64,000 nucleotides of DNA from Phyllobates terribilis (Eukaryota). Under the pieces are notes generated by a model. The model had not been told where the DNA came from, did not search any database, and was given only the letters and a program-made list of their open reading frames with translations. Location of the stretch: the NCBI RefSeq assembly GCF_046119375.1, contig NW_027362762.1, forward strand, positions 157,604,001 through 157,668,000. The letters are read 5' to 3'. The stretch's first letter is position 1, and every line of letters begins with the position of its first letter. Made by a program: the position numbers and the translations under genes. This document shows positions 12,020 to 23,107 of the stretch, in pieces.

Positions 12020-13394
12020 TGAGATACCCAGTGAATGGCAGGTCCTCATTGATTCCCTTAGGGGCAACGGAATCAAGCAAGAAAATCCATCTGGACTCCA
12101 ATCTCAACAGATCATTAGTATAATCCATTTTACGGAAGTTGGGCTGGATTTTCTGCAGACCTATTACATGAAGATGTTTAGGATTATCCGAATGAAAGTT
12201 TTAAAAATATGATGCTACAGACGTGATTACCCGACCTTTTCTTAGATCCTGCTCCGCCAGATTAATATTAGAAATATGTTGTTGTACCCTTTTCCGTAGC
12301 TGTTGGGAAGTTTGCCCCACATATATCTTGGGACAGGAACATCTCAAAGCATAAATTACATTCGATGTTCTACAGTTGATATAATCCCTCAGGGGATACT
12401 GTTGATTGTCCCCTGGGTTTGTCAGAGTGGGTCCTGGCAAGATATATGGACACACAGAGCAATCACCACATGGAAAGGTGCCCCTAAGACGTGTCCCTCC
12501 AGAAGTGTTATATGTGGGGCGTGTGTAGGGGCTCCTTACAAGTTTGTCCCTAAGACTGGGCGCACGTCTAGCCGTCAAAAGTGGTCGCTCAGGTATCAAA
12601 CCTGATATGCATTTATCTGTTCTCAGGATATCCCAGTGTCTACAAAAAAGTTTATTAAATTGACTCCATTGGTTATTAAACTGTGTGATGAATCTGATTT
12701 GATTATTGTCCGATTTAGCATTGGACTGCAACAAAGTTTCACGAGGTTTAGCCAAGATCTTCTGATGAGCCCTAGAGACCACATCCTTGGGGTAACCCCG
12801 TTGATGGAATCTCATGGACAATTCTCTGGCCTCATTTCTATAATCATCATGCATGATGCAGTTCCTCTTGATCCTTGAAAATTGTCCAATAGGTATCCCA
12901 TTCTTTAGACTCTGAGGATGGAAGCTATTATAGTGTAGGAAACTGTTGGTTGCTGTCACTTTTCTATACAGTTTAGTCGTAAGAAAGTTGTCCTTTACTT
13001 TAATCTGCAAATCTAAAAAGTTAACTGAAACAGAGGATATTTGATAAGTCAAATGAATCTTTAAATTATTATTATTTAACTCCTCAATGAATGTCAGTGC
13101 TTCCAGCTCAGTGCCGGTCCAGATGACAAGGATGTCATCTATGAACCGAAGCCATCTAAAAATATATTTACGAAAACCCCTCGAGGGGTACACGTGCTCG
13201 CCCTCCCAACAACCCATGAAGAGGTTGGCAAAGGAAGGTGCACAACTTGCACCCATCGCGATACCAGACACCTGACTGTAAAAATTGTAGTCGAAGACAA
13301 AATAATTATGCGTTAGTACAAAATTTAAGAGATCAACAATGAAAAGACTATGCGCATGATTACCTCCATAGTTGGAGTTAAAATAGTGTAGCAC
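12020..13394 (-). pseudogene. PLE reverse transcriptase (C-terminal part) plus GIY-YIG endonuclease
   Basis: ORF 12201-13394 with GIAMGASCAPSFANLFMG, FIDD, CGDCSVC and VIYALRCSCPKIYVGQT. C-terminal ESRWIFLLDSVAPKGINE lies in another frame near 12050-12100. Confidence 0.92.
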
Positions 13395-13849
13395 TGCTGT
13401 TAGTCCATCTCTTCAGAGTGTCCAACTCTGGGATCAGTTGCTGTCTGACGACACTCGGCATGGTGGGAGGAAGGAGCATCAGGGTGAGGAGAAGTATGCG
13501 GTCGAGACTCACGGCTACTAACACTTGACCGTGTGGAAGACAGACCGGAGATGGTGGTGCCCAGGTGACTGGAAGTGTTATCTGCTATCCAATTAATAAC
13601 CTGTTCACATTGATCAGTTCGCAATAGTGATGTTGTGTGCTTCCCTAGTAATTCGGTCAAGAACTGGGAGCGAGAAGCTGTGGCTGTTGGTTGTGGCACA
13701 TTTTCACGTTGGCCACGTCCCCATCCTCTGCACGCACCATCACCAGAACGTCCAGTTCCACGTCCCTTGCCACGCGCCTTGCCCATTGTAAATGAAGTAA
13801 AATAGCTTACACTCGCACTATTAATGGCAAAAGGGTAATAAAAAGGATA

Positions 13850-14520
13850 TAAGAACCGTGGAAGAGGAAAACCACAGTTCTAGTTTTCTGTCCTACAACA
13901 GACTCTTTTAAACAGATATATTTGTGTCTGAACAGTCAGCGAGACACTCAAACTGTTTTTTTTATGTAAAAAAGGTGGATTACACCCAGATTTGAACCGC
14001 GGAAGAGGAAAACCACAGTTCCATTTCTCTGGCCTACACCAGAATCTTTTAAACAGATATATTTGTGTCTGAACAGTCAGCGAGACACTCAAGCTGGTTT
14101 TTTTATGCAAAAAGGTGGATTACACCCAGATTTGAACCGTGGAAGAAGAAAACCACAGTTCTAGTTCTCTGGCCTACACCAGAATCTTTTAAACAGATAT
14201 ATTTGTGTCTGAACAGTCAGCGAGACACTCAAACTGTTTTTTTTTTATGCAAAAAGGTGGATTACACCCAGATTTGAACCGTGGAAGAGGAAAACCACAG
14301 TTCTAGTTCTCTGGCCTACACCAGAATCTTTTAAACAGATATATTTGTGTCTGAACAGTCAGCAAGACACTCAAACTGTTTTTTTATGGAAAAAAGGCAA
14401 AAAAGTGGATAATACAGAGATTTGAACTGTGGAACTGCAAAACCACAGTTCTAGTTATCTGGACTACACCAGACTCTTTTAAACAGATATATTTGTGTCT
14501 GAACACTCACAGACACACTC
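13850..14520. repeat. ~141-bp tandem array (about 5 copies) upstream of the hAT transposase
   Basis: aaaaccacagttc...aaacagatatatttgtgtctgaacagtcag recurs at about 13868, 14009, 14150, 14291, 14439. Confidence 0.9.
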
Positions 14521-15529
14521 AATTATTTTTTTTTGGGGGGGGGGGGGGGGAATACCAAAAGGTTAATAAGACGGGTATTTGTACAGTCTGACGGAGGAAA
14601 AAAAAAAAAAAGAGGATTTAGATGAAAAAAAAAAGGATTTTTCCTGGCCCCTGAGACCTGGGGCTAAGTCTAGCAATGTGAGAAGTAGCACACAGGACTG
14701 TAATGCAGTGTTTGTTGGTATAACCACTGCCTGTCCTATACAGCCTGCCTGATATCTGGGATGGATATTAGTCCTGAGAAGGACTGTTTGTTTGATTTTG
14801 AAGGCTTTAGAGACCCTACACTACCTATTTCGCAGTATAAATCTCTCCCTAGCTCAGCAGCACTCTCCCTACACCGTCTGATCCGGAGCGACTGTATCCA
14901 AGATGGCGGTGCCCAGTTTTAAATACTCGAGGTGACGCTGTGCGGCCAGCCAATCACTGTAATGCCCACAACCAACATGGCTGCGGCATTACAATGACTG
15001 GCTGGCAATCCCTGCATGTTCATTGGCTCTGTAAAGAGCGCCAAACGTGCAGGGCGGAGACCCAAGTTCCCGCCCGAGTAAACCGAAAATGCTCGGTGCT
15101 CGCCGAACATCCCGAGCAGTGAGATGCTCGGGCGAGTATCGAGCAGTGTCGAGCATGCTCGCTCAACACTAATTATGACCTATTTTGTAAATAAATGATG
15201 ATTTCTTTTCACTGGCCAAACCCTTTTAGGTATTGCTCCCTGGTATTAATATGGTTGTACAGTTTTACTGAAAAGTGGGGTAAATGCAATATTTACTTTT
15301 GAATGTCCCTGCCACTCCAGTGCCACCTCTGCTCCCTGATGGTCTTTGCTTACAGGGATGCAGTGTTACCATCCTATCTACAACATGTGACTTATGCTGC
15401 TTCTGAGCTCAGCGGTGATGCCGAGTTAGACAGCATAAAACTATTAAGCTTAGTGACTGGATGCAGCGGCCATGTATTGTATAACGGATATCACTATTCC
15501 ATCCCTGTCAACAAAGATTGGCATGGTGG

Positions 15530-16220
15530 AGCAAGGAGGAAGCCATGGAGCAGCAGGGAGGAAGCTCTGAAGTGGCAGAGAGGTAGCTCTGGAGTTGCAG
15601 AGAGGAAGCTCTGGAGTAGCAGGGAGAGGCTCTGGAGCAGCGAGGAGAAGTGCTGAAGCATCAGGGAGGAAGTTTTGAAGCAATGAAGAGGAAGCTCTGG
15701 AGTAGCAGAGAGGAAGCTCTGAAGTAGCAAAGAGGAAGCTCTGGAGCTGCAGAGAGGTAGCTCTGGAGTAGCAGGTAGAGGCTCTGGAGCAGCAGGGAGC
15801 GGTTCTTAAGCATCAGGGAGGAAGCTTTGGAGTAGCAGAGAGGAAGCTCTGGAGTAGCAGAGAGGAAGCTCTGGAGCAGCAGGCAGAAGCTCTGCAGCAG
15901 CAGAGAGGAAGCTATGGAGCAGCAGGGAGAAGCTCTGCAGCAACAGAGAGGAAGCTGTGGACCAGCAGGGATTAGCTCTGGAGCAGGAGAGAGGAAGCTC
16001 TGGAGCAGGAGAGAGGAATCTCTGGAGCAGGAGAGAGGAAGCTCTGGAGCAGCAGGGCGAAGCTCTGGAGCAGCAGAGAGGAAGCTCTGAAGCAGCAGGG
16101 AGAAGGTTCTAGAGCAGGAGAGAGGAAGCTCTGGAGCAGCAGAGAGGAAGCTCTGGAGCAGCAGAGAGTAAGCTCTGGAACAGCACAAAGGAAACTTTGG
16201 AGTGGCAGAGAGATAGCTCT
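15530..16220. repeat. 22-bp purine-rich minisatellite (about 30 copies)
   Basis: Unit agaggaagctctggagcagcag repeated with variants. Confidence 0.92.
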
Positions 16221-17204
16221 AGTTAAAAAACATTATAGAGAAGTAACAATAGTTTTATAAATAGAACATTGTAAAATTATATTTTCCACCTAGTGCTCAG
16301 GAAGGTTGGAGAGTAAGTATGAGAGTCTGATTTGCTAATTATATATATTTTTAAAGCGCGGCAGGATTCATAAAGTTATGTTCAATTACAGAACATCTGA
16401 CATATTTTACAATATAAGCTGCATACATTATTAAAAAGATCTCTCAGACCTGATGAAACTTGTATATTTACTTTGAAAATCTAGATCAGAATGGCTACAA
16501 AGTCTTAAGTTTATTTTATGAGTCTGGCTAGATCTCGACTAATATTAGGCAGGGAAACTTTCATTAAGGATTATTCAGCCATTCCTGCGTACATTTTCAA
16601 AATAAGTTTATTGGCCTCAACGGGTTTAAGAGATCTATTTAATAAAATATGTAATGTGTGTGGTGAAAGCTTGTGACAAATCCACTTAAAACACTTAAAA
16701 AATAGAGTAGTTGACTATTCTATTCTATATAGAGTCATATAGTACAAATATGCATACTGTGCAGTATACATTTGTAATATGGAAGTCCATGGGCAACATA
16801 TGCTGCCATATACTGTGCAGTGTCATGTATCGGAGGTATCCATCGAAGGTTTTCTTCTGATATATACCTCAGACAAGCATTGCAATCACAGTATAAATGC
16901 CCCTTATAGGGCTGAGGAAAGTGTGGTGTTCCACCTTCACCAGCTATACAGAAGAGGCGCACTGTTAGTTATGTCATGGCACACGCAAGTAATCAGTAAT
17001 AAAATCTGATTCATTATTAGCCCCCAAAAAGTGTAATAAGCCACAAAACTAAGTTTTCTACAAGTGTATTTGTAGGGCATACTCCTTTCTTAGCTTCACC
17101 TAGTCATTCTAGTAAAAGCTATAAAAAACATGGCATAATAGAAAGCAAAATTTATGTTGTTGAACCAAACTAATATTTATTTCTTTTTGTTTCCCAATTT
17201 TAAG

Positions 17205-17324
17205 AATGTAAGAATTCGTGTAAAAATCGGTGTGGAAACAAACCAGACGAGTCATACAGCTGCCAATGTAATGTTCACTGCGAAAGGTTTGGCGACTGCT
17301 GCAACGATTACTCCATCTGCTCCT
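17205..17324 (+). CDS. endou: endou coding exon (visible exon 1): somatomedin-B domain 1
   Basis: ttttaag| acceptor, |gtaagt donor, 120 nt, phase 1-1. Encodes CKNSCKNRCGNKPDESYSCQCNVHCERFGDCCNDYSICS with the SMB Cys pattern. Confidence 0.9.
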
Positions 17325-17854
17325 GTAAGTAACTAACATGAAGAATCCATGTCTACACTGATACTGAAGCGTTGAGGTAGAAATGATAAGATGAAATGTA
17401 GCCTCAATTCACACAGGTGAACCTTGTCCTGTGTTAGAGAAATTAGAGATCTGTTTGTTACCAGACTTAGATGTAACTAAAGTAACAAGTGTTATACAAC
17501 TCATGATTACCAAGTTTTAAAGGGAATCTGTCACCAGGTTTTTGATATGTAATCTGAAAGCAGAATGATGTAGGAGCTGAGCCCCTGATTCCAGTGATGT
17601 GTCACTTATTTGGCTGTGCCTTACTGTTTCAATACAATCAGTGTTTTATTAGCAGGAGATTATCACTAGAGGACTAGGTGTCTCTTGCCTCCTGGTCCAA
17701 CCACGGTCCAGCACTGATTAGCAGTAGTGATGAGCGAGTATGTTCTGTTAACCCTTTAGGCAAGTATGCTCGGGCGAGTACCGAGTATCTTCAGCGTGCT
17801 CGGTGATATGTTTGAATCACTCCCCTGTGCATTTTCTGTTTGACAGCTTTAATA

Positions 17855-19472
17855 CAGTACAGACCAAAAGTTTGGACACACCTTCTCATTTAAAGATTTT
17901 TCTGTATTTTCATGACTATGAAAATTGTACATTCACACTGAAGGCATCAAAACTATGAATTAACACATGTGGAATTATATACTTAACAAAAAAGTGTGAA
18001 ACAACTGAAAATATGTCTTATATTCTAGGTTCTTCAAAGTAGCCACCTTTTGCTTTGATGACTGCTTTGCACACTCTTGGCATTCTCTTGATGAGCTTCA
18101 AGAGGTAGTCACCGGAAATGGTTTTCACTTCACAGGTGTGCCCTGTCAGGTTTAATAAGTAGAATTTCTTGCCTTATAAATGGGCTTGGGACCATCAGTT
18201 GTGTTGTGCAGAAGTCAGGTGGATACACAGCTGATAATCCTACTGAATAGACTGTTAGAATTTGTATTATGGCAAGAAAAAAGCAGCTAAGTAAAGAAAA
18301 ACGAGTGGCCATCATTACTTTAAGAAATGAAGCTCAGTCAGTCCGAAAAATTGGGAAAACTTTGAAAGTGTCCCCAAGTGCAGTTGCAAAAACCATCAAG
18401 CTCTACAAAGAAACTGGCTCACATGAGGACCACCCCAGGAAAGGAAGACCAAGAGTCACCTCTGCTTCTGAGGATAAGTTTATCCGAGTCACCAGCCTCA
18501 GAAATCGCAGGTTAACAGCAGCTCAGATTAGAGACCAGGTCAATGCCTCACAGAGTTCTAGCAGCAGACACATCTCTTCAACAACTGTTAAGAGGAGACT
18601 TTGTGCAGCAGGCCTTCATGGTAAAATAGCTGCTACGAAACCACTGCTAAGGACAGGCAACAAGCAGAAGAGACTTGTTTAGGCTAAAGAACACAAGGAA
18701 TGGACATTAGACCAGTGGAAATCTGTGCTTTGGTCTGATGAGTCCAAATTTGAGATCTTTGGTTTCTTTGTGCGACGCAGAAAAGGTGAACGGATGGACT
18801 CTACATGCTTGGTTCCCACCGTGAAGCATGGAGGAGGAGATGTGATGGTGTGGGGGTGCTTTGCTGGTGAAACTGTTGGGGATTTATTCAAAATTGAAGG
18901 TATACTGAACCAACCTGGCTACCACAGCATCTTGCAGCTGCATGCTATTCCATCCGGTTTGCGTTTAGTTGGACCATCATTTATCTTTCAACAGGACAAT
19001 AACCCCAAACACACCTCCAGGCTGTGTAAGTGCTATTTGACCAAGAAGGAGAGTGATGGGGTGCTACGCCAGATGACCTGGCCTCCACAGTCACCAGACC
19101 TGAACCCAATCGAGATGGTTTGGGGTGAGCTGGACCGCAGAGTGAAGAGAAAAGGGCCAACAAGTTCTAAGCATCTCTGGGAACTCCTTCAAGATTGTTG
19201 GAAGACCATTTCCGGTGTCTACCTCTTGAAGCTCATCAAGAGAATGCCAAGAGTGTGCAAAGCAGTCATCAGAGCAAAATGTGGCAACTTTGAAGAACCT
19301 AGAATATAAGACATATTTTCAGTTGTTTCACGCTTTTTTGTTAAGTATATAATTCCACATGTGTTAATTCATAGTTTTGATGCCTTCAGTGTGAATGTAC
19401 AATTTTCAAAGTCATGAAAATACAGAAAAATCTTTAAATGAGAAGGTGTGTCCAAACTTTTGGTCTGTACTG
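17855..19472 (+). mobile_element. Near full-length Tc1 transposon (~1.6 kb)
   Basis: ~200-bp TIRs beginning cagtacagaccaaaagtttggacac, TA TSD, internal transposase. Confidence 0.96.
18269..19309 (+). pseudogene. Tc1 transposase with a premature stop
   Basis: MARKKQLSKEKRV... paired-like HTH, TAG at 18680-18682, then WSDESKF, QQDNNPKH and SPDLNPIE motifs. Confidence 0.93.
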
Positions 19473-21607
19473 TACATATGAGGAATGCTTAAGAAACAAG
19501 CATTCCTCACATGTATTAAAGCGGTCAAACAGTCGCAAATCATGCACACGGGAGTGATTCAAACATATCAACGAGCACGCTGAAGATACTCGGTACTCGC
19601 CTGACCATACTCGCCGAAAGGGTTAACCGAACATACTTGCTCAACACTAATTAGCAGCTTTCTATCAATATAGAGTTTACATTCAGCTGCCAATCAGTGG
19701 TGTGGGCGGTGTTATACACAGCTCAGCATTCAGAGCTCTGCTAGATCTGCAGCTGAGAAAACTGTGATTCTATCATAACTGATGCACGCAGTATTCTAAA
19801 TGATACATTGCTGAAATCAGGTTCTATGCCCCTACATCATGCTGCTGCCAGATTACAAAGCAAAAACTTGCAGTTAGAGTCCCTTTAACAATCCCATGCT
19901 TTCATCCTGGAGTAGAGGATGCCCATAAGATGAAAAGTTCCATATACCATGGAGAAATAGAGTTGACAATGACAGGTTATTCTTTTCTGCCTTCACATTC
20001 TATTTCATTGCTGTAAAATTAACACTGATGAGATTGTACAAGAAATGACTTTGCAGTAGCATAAAATTATAGTTACTCAAGGATTCTTCCTCCCTCTAGT
20101 GGACAGAAGTAGGAACTACAGTCCCCGCATTTTTCAATTTTATAAACACTGTCACCTAATCTTGGAGCTGATATGTGGCTAGATTACTGTTTTGTTCCTC
20201 ATTTAGATTCAACGTTGAATCATTAATCTTTTTTAATTAAACTACATTTTTTCATACTATAGATGGTCTCTGGCTTCGAACCTCTGCATTTTTACAACCC
20301 CATCTAACAAATTAGTCTCCATTACCAGTTCATAGTTAACAACATTGCTGTTGGCTAAATAGTACATTTAAATTATTCTGCAAGGGAATACCCCCACCCA
20401 CATCCCATCTGAGCATGCCTCCATATATAAACCCATAATATTCCTTGAATTTACTAGGTTTGTTTCTGAAAAATTGTGGACTGTCTGAGCAAATGCAGGA
20501 ATATTGGCAATTATGGCAGTATATTGTTTCCTCTTAAACTGACATCAGTGTTTATCAGTTGTATTATTCAATCTTAAATTGACCTCAATGATAAAAAAAA
20601 TAAATGATAATGCTTGATGCTGTCAGTACCCCGACTATGAAGAAAGTGATGATGCCTGATGTACCGATACGCTTCAACAGTTTGAGCCTTATTGAGATTG
20701 ACAAGCGGGCACAAATTAGTCGGAGCTACTGTGTTAGATTGGGTGGGAGTGATATTATTAAAACTGGTGTTGCCCCTGTCAGTCTTAATAAAGGGATCGC
20801 GGGAGTACGATGTGCCACATTTATTAAGCGGTGCACACAGCTTAATGAATTCAGAGCACCTTCTTCGTGGTGGCACCTCAATTCGTCTCTCCAGAAATGT
20901 TACTCCAGTCAGTAGAATTTCTGGTGTCAGAAATGCCGACACTTTTGTTGAAGTTGACGGGCGGGTGTAGCTTTACACCATCCTGTGCCAGCTCCTCCCC
21001 AGCGCCACCCTTTTTGGCGGAGCTCCCTCAACCTGGCGTGAAAATGCCAAAAGCCGAAAAATTGTTGTAACTTTTCAAAGTGTTTTACACTAGTTTTCTA
21101 GCTAAAATACTTTCATGCACCGCCTTCAAAGAGCCCCATTCGACGGCTCTATAACTGGGGTGTGACACAACCTCAGGGCTTCTAATCTCTCGGAGGGAGT
21201 TCATTACAGACATTTTGGCAGATCAGGAGTACCCTACAATCACGTCAGGACTCGGCATTTATGGGCTTACAGAGTAAGCCTATCCAATCTGTAAAGCCAG
21301 GTGTTACTGTCATTATTAAGTACAGCATTGGAATCGTTAAAAGGCCGGTATTGGAGTTAACTCTGATCTCAGCTGTTGCTGCAGGGAGTCAGTTGTATGT
21401 TACAGATAACACCCACCATGGATGCCGCAATCACAGCTCTTATCACTCTTTTGGCATAATATTATGATGTGCTGAAAACATTTTATTTAGTTTGTGTGTA
21501 TATATATCATAATAGAGCCAGAGCACTGAAATATTGGGAAATGGTTTTTCATGACTGTATGTGTAATAAATCACTTGCTGATTTACTGCTTATTTTTTCT
21601 TTAACAG

Positions 21608-21652
21608 ATATTGATCCTAACCTGAATGACGTTACTCATCATGGCAGTCCAG
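21608..21652 (+). CDS. endou: endou linker microexon A (45 nt)
   Basis: ttttttctttaacag| acceptor, CAG|gtagtg donor, phase 1-1, open frame (Y)IDPNLNDVTHHGSP. Lies between the two SMB exons. Confidence 0.65.
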
Positions 21653-21808
21653 GTAGTGCTGTATTCCTGCTCACAAATACATTTATATTATGGTGTTTCC
21701 AGTCTTAGGTCACTTTACGCTTCAGCGAAATTGATTATTTATATTAAATGTTTATTTCATTAATTATTTGCTCTTTTTTTTTTTTTTTTTTTTTTTTAAT
21801 TTCAACAG

Positions 21809-21853
21809 ATACCGATTCTAAGTTACACAAGGCTCATAATAATGATAAATCAG
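21809..21853 (+). CDS. endou: endou linker microexon B (45 nt)
   Basis: Long poly-T tract then ttcaacag| acceptor, CAG|gtactg donor, phase 1-1, open frame (D)TDSKLHKAHNNDKS. Confidence 0.65.
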
Positions 21854-22960
21854 GTACTGTTGAATTCTGAATTTTCTATATTTAAGCTCTGTATAATGTT
21901 ATGGGCGCTCAGGTGTCATTGATGCATGTGGGGAGCAAATTCAACTCCATATGGTCCAATTTCACATAAGAGCTACTGTAACACAAACTGCTGCAAAAGA
22001 TTATGCTGTTCATATAGAAAGGTGTCAGTCATTGACAGCGGCATTTAACACGTGCAGACAGGAAACACGTCCTTGATTCCTCCCATCGGCGCGCCTGTCA
22101 CATTATTGTGGGGCGCCGATAGTTTATCATGACAGCTGGGAGTCTGCAGAAGACCCCCATACCTGTCATTGTGAAACTCCTGTGAACGTCGGCTCATGGT
22201 CGGTGTTCAAAGCAGATCGTGATTTTTGCTGTACATAGTAGGGCTGAACCACTGCTATGTATAGCTCAGGCGATCAGATGATATCAGATGGTATCAGTAA
22301 AAATGTCAGCTCCTGGTGCAAAAAAATTAGCCCTCACACAGCCCCAGATGCCAGAAAATGAGAACATTACAGGTTTTGGAAAATGACGACAAAATCAAAA
22401 TTAATTTTTTTTTCACAAAATTCAGAATTTTTTTTCTCCACTTAAATAAAAAAAATCTATACATGTTTGCTATCTGTGTACTCGTACTGACCTGGAAAAT
22501 CAAATTACCAGGCCGGTTTTACCATATATTAAACATGATCAATAAAAAACTCCAAAAATCATTGTGGATTTGCACTTTTATTTGCAATTTCACCCCACTT
22601 GGAATTTTTTCCTGCTTTCCAGTACATTATGTAGCAGAATGAATGGTTTTATTCAAAAGTGTAACTCGTCCCCCCAAAAACAAGTACTCATACGGCTATA
22701 TGGCTGGAAAAATCTGAAAATTATGACTCTTGAAAGAAGGGGAGGAAAAAAAATTGCCCGGGTGGTGGATGGGTTAAAGACACCACAATACCTTGGCTAT
22801 AAGGAATTAAAGTGCGGCTGGGGTGGAGCATGAGGCCTGTCACATTCACAGTCCATGGCACGTGATGGAAAACTGATATTTCATGTATATCCATGTAGAG
22901 TAGTGTGTAGTCTTATGGTGCAGTATAAAATAGTGACTACTATCCTTGCCATCATTTCAG

Positions 22961-23107
22961 ATACGTCCTGTCAAGGGAGATGTGGAGAAAGATTTAAAAA
23001 GAAAGATCCCTGTCATTGCAACAGAAAATGTGAAAAGCACGACAATTGCTGCGGTGACTACAATAAAGTGTGTGGTGGAGGCGCCAGTGAGAGCAGCTAT
23101 CGTACAG
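22961..23107 (+). CDS. endou: endou coding exon: somatomedin-B domain 2
   Basis: catttcag| acceptor, CAG|gtgaga donor, 147 nt, phase 1-1. Encodes TSCQGRCGERFKKKDPCHCNRKCEKHDNCCGDYNKVC. Confidence 0.93.

Larger units (their letters stand above)
10587..13408 (-). mobile_element. 5'-truncated Penelope-like element (PLE) nested in the hAT transposase
   Basis: RT plus GIY-YIG ORF. The 12-bp duplication ctcttcagagtg at 10575-10586 and 13409-13420 restores the transposase peptide GHSEELFTGP when the insert is removed. Confidence 0.92.
7646..13786 (-). pseudogene. hAT transposase (BED finger, DDE core, hATC domain), disrupted by frameshifts, a stop and a PLE insertion
   Basis: ORF pieces 13400-13786 (Gly/Arg-rich N-terminus), 9792-10637 (BED finger CTTC...HMSAKH), 8525-9718 (TTDTW, VCDNGRN, CLAH), 8014-8262 and 7646-8104 (SER, hATC). 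In-frame TGA near 9790. Confidence 0.92.
4283..15171 (-). mobile_element. Full-length hAT DNA transposon (~10.9 kb including nested insertion)
   Basis: TIRs TAGTGTTGATCGAGCA / TGCTCGCTCAACACTA, subterminal tgctcg/cgagca repeats, 8-bp TSD gttatgac (4275-4282) / attatgac (15172-15179, 7 of 8 match), and internal hAT transposase. Confidence 0.93.
3940..15228. mobile_element. TTAA-type MITE split by the hAT insertion (pieces about 3940-4282 and 15172-15228)
   Basis: Left end aagtggctgtccagtgtaaagaagttatc is roughly the reverse complement of gatttcttttcactggccaaaccctt just right of the hAT. Confidence 0.45.
17725..19649. mobile_element. hAT-family MITE with nested Tc1
   Basis: TIRs TAGTGATGAGCGAGTATG / CATACTTGCTCAACACTA and a perfect 8-bp TSD attagcag (17717-17724, 19650-19657). 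Confidence 0.92.
17521..19884. mobile_element. T2/Kolobok-like TTAA MITE hosting a hAT MITE and a Tc1
   Basis: ttaa|agggaatctgtcacc ... gttagagtccct|ttaa, with palindromic halves on both sides of the nested inserts. Confidence 0.7.

Noticed and set aside
15450-16188. Long Leu/Ser-rich ORFs (up to 175 aa)
   Set aside because: They are translation artefacts of the 22-bp minisatellite.
20604-20915. ORFs and a YPDYEESDD-like stretch as a possible endou linker exon
   Set aside because: The acceptor phase is incompatible with the phase-1 SMB1 exon, there is no good donor, and the region overlaps a MITE-like repeat.
21406-21467. Possible third linker microexon (tacag|ATAACACCCACCATGG...)
   Set aside because: There is no GT donor before the in-frame stop.
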